Source: an uncultured Campylobacterales bacterium (GTDB lineage Bacteria; Campylobacterota; Campylobacteria; Campylobacterales; QNZT01). From it: 64,000 bases of DNA. Position numbers and translations under genes: made by a program. This document shows positions 28,803 through 36,196 of the stretch, piece after piece. Where the stretch lies: contig CAZUPK010000067.1 in assembly GCA_964622255.1 (NCBI GenBank), forward strand, positions 3,979-67,978, given 5' to 3'. Below the pieces are notes generated by a model. The model had not been told where the DNA came from and searched no databases. It saw nothing but the letters and a program-made list of their open reading frames with translations. The first letter of the stretch is position 1, and each line of letters opens with the position of its first letter.

Positions 28803-29582
28803 ATGTTTGATAAAATTTTAAAAAAAGAGGAAGAGATAGTTGTAAATCCTAACCAGACAACTACACTACAAGCTTATCATACAAAAGTTATAGGTGATAT
28901 AGTCGGACACGACGGAGTTTATATAGATGGTGTTGTAGATGGTTGTGTCATTGTTGATAACATTGTGTTTGTAGGTAAAGATGCTGAAGTAAAAGGAAAG
29001 ATACAAGCTCAACATGTAGTTGTCGAGGGAGAAGTAAGAGGAGCAATAGAGTGTGATTTTTTGGATATAAAATCTGAAGGGTTGGTTTTGGCAAATATAG
29101 AAGCTAGGGAGATTAAAATAGCTGGAAAACTTCAAGGGGAGACCGTCGCTTATGATTTATCTCTAGCTAAAAGTGCCTTTTTAGGAACAAAAGTTCAAGT
29201 AAATAGGATGGTTTTGGAAGGAACGGTTATAGGTGATATTGCAAGTGATAGTTTGATACTTAAAGATAGTGCCTATGTTAAGGGTAATATTTTTGTAAAC
29301 TCATTTATAAACGAAGGTGCAGTCGTAAAGGGTGAAATAGGAGACTATAAAAAACTTCTTGAAAAAAGAACACCACTAAGTTCAAATCAAACTCAAAATA
29401 TCAAAATCCTAAAAGAGTCTATAGAAAAATATATTAAAAATTCCAACTATATAAATGAGATTCTAAGACAAAAGGTAGATATAGATGTAAAAGTAAACAA
29501 TCTAATAAACTATATAAAAGACAATGTTCATAACAATGATGAGCTTGTAAAAGTAACAAGGTTAATCAACTATAACGGTTAA
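28803..29582 (+). CDS. second bactofilin-family protein with helical C-terminal extension
   Basis: 259 aa. VIGDIVGHDGVYIDGVVDGCVIVDNIVFVGKDAEVKGKIQAQHVVVEGEVRGAIECDFLDIKSEG... repeat pattern. Confidence 0.7.
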   Translation: MFDKILKKEEEIVVNPNQTTTLQAYHTKVIGDIVGHDGVYIDGVVDGCVIVDNIVFVGKDAEVKGKIQAQHVVVEGEVRGAIECDFLDIKSEGLVLANIEAREIKIAGKLQGETVAYDLSLAKSAFLGTKVQVNRMVLEGTVIGDIASDSLILKDSAYVKGNIFVNSFINEGAVVKGEIGDYKKLLEKRTPLSSNQTQNIKILKESIEKYIKNSNYINEILRQKVDIDVKVNNLINYIKDNVHNNDELVKVTRLINYNG

Positions 29583-29636
29583 TCTCCTGTTTATCTTTAT
29601 TTTTTAAGATAAACTTAAAAATCCAAAGGAGGATTT

Positions 29637-30488
29637 ATGATGGAAAGATTGAAAACCTATTTTTTACTGACAGTGCTAACACTGCTTTTTATATGGTTTG
29701 GTGGGCTTGTTGGTGGAAAAGTAGGTATGCTTATAGCTTTAGCTATGGCAGTAGGTATGAATTTTTATGCATACTACTTTAGTAGCGAGATGGTTTTAAA
29801 ACACTATGATGCAGTTTCTATAGACGAAATTCATGCAAGTGGACTCTACACAATAGTAAGAAGACTTACTCAAAAAGCTAAACTTCCAATGCCAAAGCTT
29901 TACATTATCCCAGATTCGATACCAAATGCCTTTGCAACAGGAAGAGACTATGAACATGCGGTGGTTGCTGTAACGGAAGGACTTTTAGAACTTTTGGACG
30001 AAAGAGAGATAGAAGCTGTTATAGCACACGAGCTTAGTCATATAAAACACTATGATATGCTTATAGGAACAGTTGTAGCAAGTATAGCCGGTGCCATAGC
30101 AACTTTGGCAAACTTCGGTATTTTTTTTGGTGGAAATGATGATGAAGATAGACCAAATCCTATAGTGATGCTTATACTTATGATAGTGATGCCTCTTGTT
30201 GCAAGTTTAGTTCAAATGGCAGTAAGTAGAAGCAGAGAGTATATGGCAGATGAAGGCTCTGCAAAACTTACAGGACACCCAGAGTGGTTACAATCAGCTT
30301 TGATAAAACTAGATAACTATGCAAGAGGTGATATAGTTCACGAAGCGACTCCCGAAACTGCACATATGTTTATCATAAATCCTTTTACGGGAAAAGAGAT
30401 GAGCTTTAAAGCTATGTTTAGCACACATCCTAGCACAGAGGATAGGGTAGCAAGGTTGGAAGAGTTAAAAGAAGAGTTTTTTAGCTAA
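29637..30488 (+). CDS. htpX: zinc metalloprotease HtpX (M48)
   Basis: 283 aa. [10 protein letters not shown] (HExxH), 4 TM segments, [18 protein letters not shown]. Confidence 0.9.
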   Translation: MMERLKTYFLLTVLTLLFIWFGGLVGGKVGMLIALAMAVGMNFYAYYFSSEMVLKHYDAVSIDEIHASGLYTIVRRLTQKAKLPMPKLYIIPDSIPNAFATGRDYEHAVVAVTEGLLELLDEREIEAVIAHELSHIKHYDMLIGTVVASIAGAIATLANFGIFFGGNDDEDRPNPIVMLILMIVMPLVASLVQMAVSRSREYMADEGSAKLTGHPEWLQSALIKLDNYARGDIVHEATPETAHMFIINPFTGKEMSFKAMFSTHPSTEDRVARLEELKEEFFS

Positions 30489-30597
30489 CTGTTGCACATA
30501 AAACTTAAATAAGCTTTGATAAGAGCGATAATCTCTAAATAGTAGTGGTTTTTTCCAGTTAATGACCCTCTTTTATAAAGCTATCATATCCATCTTT

Positions 30598-30716
30598 ACC
30601 TCTAGCAGGAGAAGTTGTAAAAGCTACATTAGTAGCCTGATTTTGTTGATAGCTGAATCCGTCCATTTATTGCAGGGGAAAGAATCCCCTTGCTTTAGCT
30701 ATGGGTAGTATGTCAA
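30598..30716 (+). mobile_element. orphan IS200/IS605 TnpB-tail / right-end-like relic
   Basis: Hairpin GGGGA-aagaa-TCCCC (30675-30689). Ends in ATGGGTAGTATGTCAA (30701-30716), matching 11412-11427 and 33949-33964. No tnpA or tnpB nearby. Confidence 0.4.
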
Positions 30717-30901
30717 GAAGGAGTCCTAGTCACAGTCCATAAATGATATTTGCTCTGTTTGCACTATATGCTAAAATGTGAATAAGGATTTGAACTTTCT
30801 GATAAACTGTGAATGTTTCCAGAGGGTTCGATTATAAATTTTAAGAATTTTTTTTGTTTTAATTTGATATTATTTCGTCAAACGAAAAAAGGTTTATTTC
30901 G

Positions 30902-32989
30902 ATGAATGTTAAGATATTAAAGCGAGATGGTTCATATCAAGATTTTTTACCTTTTAAAATAGAAGATGCTATCAAAAAAGCTTTTAAAAGTAAAAATACT
31001 CCTTATGATGTTTCTATCTATAAAAATGTTCTAAAAAATATAAAAAAGAAGAGTATTGTTGATGTTGAAAGTATTCAGGATTTGATAGAAAAAGAGTTGT
31101 ATAAAAACGGCTATTTTGAAGTTATGAAATCTTTTATGCTTTATAGACATTTACATAAGATGCAAAGAGAGAGATTTTTAGATGAGGGAACTACTTATGT
31201 AAATTCAACTGAAACGATAGAAGAGTATATAAATGGTAGTGATTGGAGGATAAAAGCAAATTCAAATACAGGATATTCAAGTGCTGGTTTGGTAAATAAT
31301 ACTGCAGGGAAAGTGATAGCTAACTATTGGCTTGATAAAGTTTACTCAAAAGATGAGGGATATGCACATAGAAATGGAGATTATCATATTCATGATTTGG
31401 ATTGTTTGACTGGATATTGTGCAGGTTGGAGTTTGAGAGCTTTACTAAATGAGGGCTTTAATGGTGTAAGAGGAAGAGTTGAAAGTGATGCTCCTAAACA
31501 TTTTTATTCTGCTTTGGGACAAATGGCAAATTTTTTGGGGATTTTACAAAGTGAGTGGGCTGGAGCTCAAGCTTTTAGTAGTTTTGATACCTATCTAGCA
31601 CCTTATGTTTTTAAAGATAAGTTAAAATACAATGATGTAAAACAAGCTATAAGAAGTTTTGTCTATAACTTAAATGTTCCTGCAAGATGGGGACAGTCTC
31701 CTTTTACAAATATCACTATAGATTGGGTTGTTCCGGAAGATTTAAAAGAACAGATACCAACAAGTAAAGATAAGCATCTTTTTAAAGATATAAGTGATAA
31801 AGAGCTTGAAGAAGAAGCAAAAAAAAGAGGTTGTAAAAATCTTACTGATATGACTTATAAATATTTTCAAAAAGAGATGAATCTTATAAATAAAGCTTTT
31901 TATGAAGTTATGACTGAAGGTGATAAAACAGGACAGCCTTTTACCTTTCCTATACCTACTGTAAATATTACTGAAGATTTTGATTGGTATGGTGAAAATA
32001 CCGATTTACTTTTTAAAAATACTGCAAAAATAGGTTCATCATATTTTCAAAATTTTATAGGAAGTCAATATAAAAAAGATGAAAATGGCAATCTAATTCC
32101 AAATGAAGAAGCATATAAACCAGGGCATGTAAGAAGTATGTGTTGTCGTTTGCAGCTTGATCTTAGAGAGTTGTTAAAAAGAGGAGGGGGACTTTTTGGT
32201 AGTGCTGAGATGACAGGTAGTATAGGTGTTGTAACTATAAATATGGCAAGACTGGGATATCTATATAAAGGGGATTTAAAATCTTTAAAAAACAGACTTG
32301 ATGAACTTATGGATATGGCAAAATCAACTCTTGAAAAAAAGAGAGTTTTTATTCAAAAGATGTATGATAGAGGTTTATATCCATATACAGCAAGGTATCT
32401 TCCTCATTTTAACAATCACTTCTCAACTATTGGAGTAAATGGTATAAATGAAATGATAAGAAATTTTACAGATGATGAGTATGATATTAGTTCGAAAAAG
32501 GGAAGAGAGTTTGCACTAAATATTTTAAATCATATGAGAGATAAAATGGTCAAATATCAAGAAGAAACAGGTAACCTTTACAATCTTGAAGCAACTCCGG
32601 CAGAAGGAACTACATATAGATTTGCAAAAGAGGATAAAAAAAGATTTGGTGGAGATATTATTCAAGCGGGAGAAGGGGAAAATATTTACTATACAAACTC
32701 TTCTCAACTACCGGTTGATTTTACAAGTGATCCTTTTACTGCTTTGGATTTGCAAGATGATTTACAGTGTAAATATACCGGTGGAACGGTATTACATCTT
32801 TATATGAGAGAAAAAGTAAGCTCTATTGAAGCTTGTAGAAAACTTGTAAAAAATGTTATATCAAATTATAGATTGCCATATATAACTATCACACCTCTTT
32901 TTTCGATATGTCCAAAACATGGATATTTAGCAGGTGAGTATGAGTTTTGTCCAAAATGCGACGAAGAGTTATTAGCACAATTAGATTAA
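30902..32989 (+). CDS. nrdD: anaerobic (class III) ribonucleoside-triphosphate reductase, large polypeptide lacking the glycyl-radical tail
   Basis: 695 aa. N-terminal ATP-cone-like MNVKILKRDGSYQDF, core motifs NGDYHIHDL, SMCCRLQLD, NLEATPAEGT. Ends ..ICPKHGYLAGEYEFCPKCDEELLAQLD*. Confidence 0.9.
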   Translation: MNVKILKRDGSYQDFLPFKIEDAIKKAFKSKNTPYDVSIYKNVLKNIKKKSIVDVESIQDLIEKELYKNGYFEVMKSFMLYRHLHKMQRERFLDEGTTYVNSTETIEEYINGSDWRIKANSNTGYSSAGLVNNTAGKVIANYWLDKVYSKDEGYAHRNGDYHIHDLDCLTGYCAGWSLRALLNEGFNGVRGRVESDAPKHFYSALGQMANFLGILQSEWAGAQAFSSFDTYLAPYVFKDKLKYNDVKQAIRSFVYNLNVPARWGQSPFTNITIDWVVPEDLKEQIPTSKDKHLFKDISDKELEEEAKKRGCKNLTDMTYKYFQKEMNLINKAFYEVMTEGDKTGQPFTFPIPTVNITEDFDWYGENTDLLFKNTAKIGSSYFQNFIGSQYKKDENGNLIPNEEAYKPGHVRSMCCRLQLDLRELLKRGGGLFGSAEMTGSIGVVTINMARLGYLYKGDLKSLKNRLDELMDMAKSTLEKKRVFIQKMYDRGLYPYTARYLPHFNNHFSTIGVNGINEMIRNFTDDEYDISSKKGREFALNILNHMRDKMVKYQEETGNLYNLEATPAEGTTYRFAKEDKKRFGGDIIQAGEGENIYYTNSSQLPVDFTSDPFTALDLQDDLQCKYTGGTVLHLYMREKVSSIEACRKLVKNVISNYRLPYITITPLFSICPKHGYLAGEYEFCPKCDEELLAQLD

Positions 32990-33002
32990 GTAGGAGGAAA
33001 AA

Positions 33003-33167
33003 ATGAGTAGAGAAGAGAAGTTAAAAAAGTTACAAAATAGAAGACAAAGATGTATAGTTTATACTAGAGTTATGGGATATCATAGACCGGTAGAGAGTTT
33101 TAACATAGGAAAGTTAGGTGAACATAGACAACGAGTCCAATTTGTTGAACAAAAAAATAGTTTATGA
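33003..33167 (+). CDS. stand-alone NrdD C-terminal glycyl-radical domain (54 aa)
   Basis: Not in the track (<60 aa). AGGAGG at 32993-32998, then ATG 33003: MSREEKLKKLQNRRQRCIVYTRVMGYHRPVESFNIGKLGEHRQRVQFVEQKNSL. TRVMGYHRPV..N.GK matches the class III RNR radical-glycine region. Confidence 0.7.
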   Translation: MSREEKLKKLQNRRQRCIVYTRVMGYHRPVESFNIGKLGEHRQRVQFVEQKNSL

Positions 33168-33840
33168 TTTAACACCTTTTACACAGCTTGATTATCCTGA
33201 ACATCTAGCTTGTATAGTTTGGATGTCAGGATGCAACTTAAGATGTGGATACTGTTATAACAAAGATATAGTTTTTTCAAAAAAAGGTAAACTTTGTTTA
33301 AAAGATGTGCTTGATTTTTTAGAAAAAAGAGTAGGTTTACTTGATGCAGTTGTTTTAAGTGGAGGAGAAGCTAGTAGATATATAGATGAACTTTTCTCCT
33401 TTTGTAAAGAGGTAAAAAAAAGAGGTTTTAAGATAAAGCTTGATACAAACGGTATTGAGTTTGAAAATGTCAAAAAACTTGTAGAAAGTAAAATGTTGGA
33501 TTTTATATCACTTGATTATAAAGCTCCAAAAGAGAGATTTTTTGATATAACAAAGTTTTATGAAAAAGAGTTTGAACTTTTTAGAAAAACTTTAAAATAT
33601 CTAATAAAAAAAGAGTTTCCCTTTGAAGTTAGGACTACTTTACACAGCGATCTTTTAAGTGAAGATGATATAAATCATATCATAGAGGATTTGCTATATC
33701 TAGGATATAAAAACACTTACTATATCCAGCTTTTTTTACCTACTCAAACTACTATAGATGATATAAGTTTACCACAAAAAGAGTTTGATTTTTCAAAGTT
33801 AAACAAAGATATCTCTTTAGAAATAAGGAAAGCAGGATAA
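33118..33840 (+). CDS. nrdG: anaerobic ribonucleotide reductase activating protein (radical SAM)
   Basis: 240 aa from GTG 33118 (TTG 33142/33145 are alternative starts). DYPEHLACIVWMSGCNLRCGYCYN (CxxxCxxC), VVLSGGEA. Confidence 0.85.
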   Translation: MNIDNESNLLNKKIVYDLTPFTQLDYPEHLACIVWMSGCNLRCGYCYNKDIVFSKKGKLCLKDVLDFLEKRVGLLDAVVLSGGEASRYIDELFSFCKEVKKRGFKIKLDTNGIEFENVKKLVESKMLDFISLDYKAPKERFFDITKFYEKEFELFRKTLKYLIKKEFPFEVRTTLHSDLLSEDDINHIIEDLLYLGYKNTYYIQLFLPTQTTIDDISLPQKEFDFSKLNKDISLEIRKAG

Positions 33841-33879
33841 AACTTCTCTCTTTGAGCAGGAGTCATAGTTTTTAATCAC

Positions 33880-33964
33880 TTTTGCATCTTGCTCTAAATG
33901 CAGTTTTTACTAAACCTTGCTGTGAAGCCTTTTACTTTATCTATATCTATGGGGAGTATGTCAA
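33880..33964 (+). mobile_element. orphan IS200/IS605 TnpB-tail / right-end-like relic
   Basis: Ends in ATGGGGAGTATGTCAA (33949-33964), the third copy of the 16-mer. The preceding sequence resembles the other two tails. Confidence 0.4.
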
Positions 33965-33979
33965 ATAACAATGTGAACT

Positions 33980-34105
33980 AGCCAAATTTCACGAAATGCA
34001 GAAATTCAAAGGACTTGCAAGTATGACGATTATTTTACAATCTAGCTTTTTGAACAAGAGTAAAAATATGTTTAAGTTTGGTTTAAAATTTCGTGAAATT
34101 TGGCT
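33980..34105. mobile_element. 126-bp miniature inverted-repeat element (MITE/PATE-like)
   Basis: Perfect 18-bp terminal inverted repeats AGCCAAATTTCACGAAAT (33980-33997) and ATTTCGTGAAATTTGGCT (34088-34105). The right half recurs at 44780-44837 and the tip at 3801-3826. Confidence 0.6.
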
Positions 34106-34231
34106 GGGCTGATTCTTTTATGATTTTTACATTTTTATTAACCTTTTGTAAGTATTTTTTGGATACAATGGCTAAATTTCATAAACAAGAAGCCGATATA
34201 TCGACAAGACAATTATTAGGAACAAGTAACT

Positions 34232-36091
34232 ATGAGCGGTGCTAAACAACTTAACAAAAGACTAGAAGGGCTTATCAAATCTCATACAAATGACTATCTA
34301 ACTTATGAAGAGTTGATGGTAGAGTTTACAAAACAGCCTACCGTTGCAAACTCTAAAAAGGTTTTAGCTCTATTAAAAGGGTATAATGTAAAACTTATTT
34401 CGTCGGCTGAAATAGCAAAGATAAAAAACAAGCTTGAAGCAAGAGAGGCAGAGATTGAAAGAAAAAAAATACAAGACAATGCACTAGCTGAAAACTTTGA
34501 TTTAGCTAAGGAAAAGGAGCTTTTGGAGTGGAGTAGAAGTGATAGCCCTGTAAGAATGTATCTAAGAGAGATGGGACAAGTAGCACTTTTAACAAAGGAA
34601 GAAGAGATAGAGATAAGCCAACGAATAGAGCTTGGTGAGGATATCATCATAGATGCCTTTTGCTCCGTTCCATATCTTATAGATTTTATACTTGATTATA
34701 AAGAAGCCTTACTAAATCGTGAAAGAAGAGTAAAAGAGCTTTTTAAAAGTTTTGATGATGATTTAGAAAGTGACAGTGAAGAAGAGGAAGAGCTTAGTGA
34801 GAATATAGAAGAGGAAAGGTTGACAAAAAAAGCTAATAAAAAGGGTGATAACTCAAGAGATAAAAAGGTTATAGAGAGTTTTAGAACTCTTGAAAAAGCA
34901 AAAAAAGATTGGGTAAAATTTTCTTCTCAAAAACTTCCTGATGATGCTATGCAAGAAGAGAAAATTCATCGTGAACTAGTGTTGGCATATAAAAAGAAGA
35001 TATTAAAAGAAAAACTTATGGATCTAGGTCCTACAAGTAAACTTATAAATGAATTAGTCAAAAGTATGGAAACTGCACTAAAGAGTGATGATACTTTTGA
35101 TAGAGAACTTAAAAAGTTAGAGTATAGACTTCCCCTCTTTAATGATACTCTAAGGAAAAATCATCAAAAAATCCTTAGCAATATAACAAATATGTCAAAA
35201 GAGGATATAGCAAAAGAGGTGCCAGAAGCCACTATGGTTTCGACTTATATGGAGATAAAAAAGCTTTTCCAAACAAAAGAGGCATCACGAGATAGTTTTA
35301 ATCTTGAACCTGAGAGGCTTAAAGAGATCATAGAACAGATAAAAAGAGGAAAGGCAATAGCTGATAAAGCGAAATCAAGGATGGCAAGAGCAAACTTAAG
35401 ACTTGTTGTGTCTATTGCTAAAAGATATACTAACCGTGGGCTACCATTTTTAGATTTGATTCAAGAGGGTAACATAGGACTTATGAAAGCGGTTGATAAG
35501 TTTGAGTATAAAAAGGGATATAAGTTTTCTACCTATGCAACTTGGTGGATAAGACAGGCTATAAGTAGAGCAATAGCAGATCAAGCAAAAACTATTAGAA
35601 TTCCAATACATATGATAGAAACTATCAATAGAATAAATAAGATAACAAGAAGACACCTTCAAGAGTTTGGAAAAGAACCGAGTTTAGTAGAGATAGCAAA
35701 GGAGGTTGGACTTTCTGTTGATAAGGTTAAAAATGTTATAAAAATTACAAAAGAGCCTATAAGTCTTGAAGCCCCTATTGGTAATGAAGAAGATGGAAAG
35801 TTTGGTGATTTTGTAGAGGATAAAAAGTCTGTAGCTCCCATAGAGTATATGCTTAAAAATGATCTTAAAAATCAAGTCGATGAAGTTTTGGAACAGCTAA
35901 ATGAAAGAGAAAAGGCAGTTGTTAGAATGAGGTTTGGTTTGCTAGAGGATGAGAGTGATAGAACTCTTGAAGAGATAGGAAAAGAGTTAAATGTAACAAG
36001 AGAGAGAGTAAGGCAGATAGAAAACTCGGCTATCAAAAAGTTAAAGCACCCTAAAGTTGGTAGAAAACTTAAAAATTATATAGAAGAATAG
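34232..36091 (+). CDS. rpoD: RNA polymerase primary sigma factor
   Basis: 619 aa. Region 2 [56 protein letters not shown], region 4 [20 protein letters not shown]. Confidence 0.95.
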   Translation: MSGAKQLNKRLEGLIKSHTNDYLTYEELMVEFTKQPTVANSKKVLALLKGYNVKLISSAEIAKIKNKLEAREAEIERKKIQDNALAENFDLAKEKELLEWSRSDSPVRMYLREMGQVALLTKEEEIEISQRIELGEDIIIDAFCSVPYLIDFILDYKEALLNRERRVKELFKSFDDDLESDSEEEEELSENIEEERLTKKANKKGDNSRDKKVIESFRTLEKAKKDWVKFSSQKLPDDAMQEEKIHRELVLAYKKKILKEKLMDLGPTSKLINELVKSMETALKSDDTFDRELKKLEYRLPLFNDTLRKNHQKILSNITNMSKEDIAKEVPEATMVSTYMEIKKLFQTKEASRDSFNLEPERLKEIIEQIKRGKAIADKAKSRMARANLRLVVSIAKRYTNRGLPFLDLIQEGNIGLMKAVDKFEYKKGYKFSTYATWWIRQAISRAIADQAKTIRIPIHMIETINRINKITRRHLQEFGKEPSLVEIAKEVGLSVDKVKNVIKITKEPISLEAPIGNEEDGKFGDFVEDKKSVAPIEYMLKNDLKNQVDEVLEQLNEREKAVVRMRFGLLEDESDRTLEEIGKELNVTRERVRQIENSAIKKLKHPKVGRKLKNYIEE

Positions 36092-36112
36092 ATAGCTAGG
36101 AAGTCTTACCTA

Positions 36113-36127
36113 CCCCCCCTTTTTTTT
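36113..36127. repeat. homopolymer pair C7 T8 between rpoD and the orphan RND gene
   Basis: taCCCCCCCTTTTTTTTcg seen directly. C7 is rare in this AT-rich sequence. Confidence 0.9.
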
Positions 36128-36196
36128 CGTTTTTTTATTTTCTTCTTTCTAAAAATATTCACAGTCATCTGTGTAGTTTAGTTGTATTAATCCTTT

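Noticed and set aside
30759-30780. NrdR-box-like sequence GCACTATATGC upstream of nrdD.
   Set aside because: Only one half-site plus the centre of the 16-bp NrdR palindrome is present, and there is no second box at helical spacing. No nrdR gene is in the window, and I am not confident this lineage has NrdR.
34103-34125. GGCTGGGCTGATTCTTTTATG resembles the tmRNA 5' end (GGGGCTGATTCTGGATTCGAC).
   Set aside because: The similarity stops after ~12 nt, and no tag reading frame, pseudoknots or tRNA-like 3' end follow. The GGCT belongs to the miniature-element terminus.
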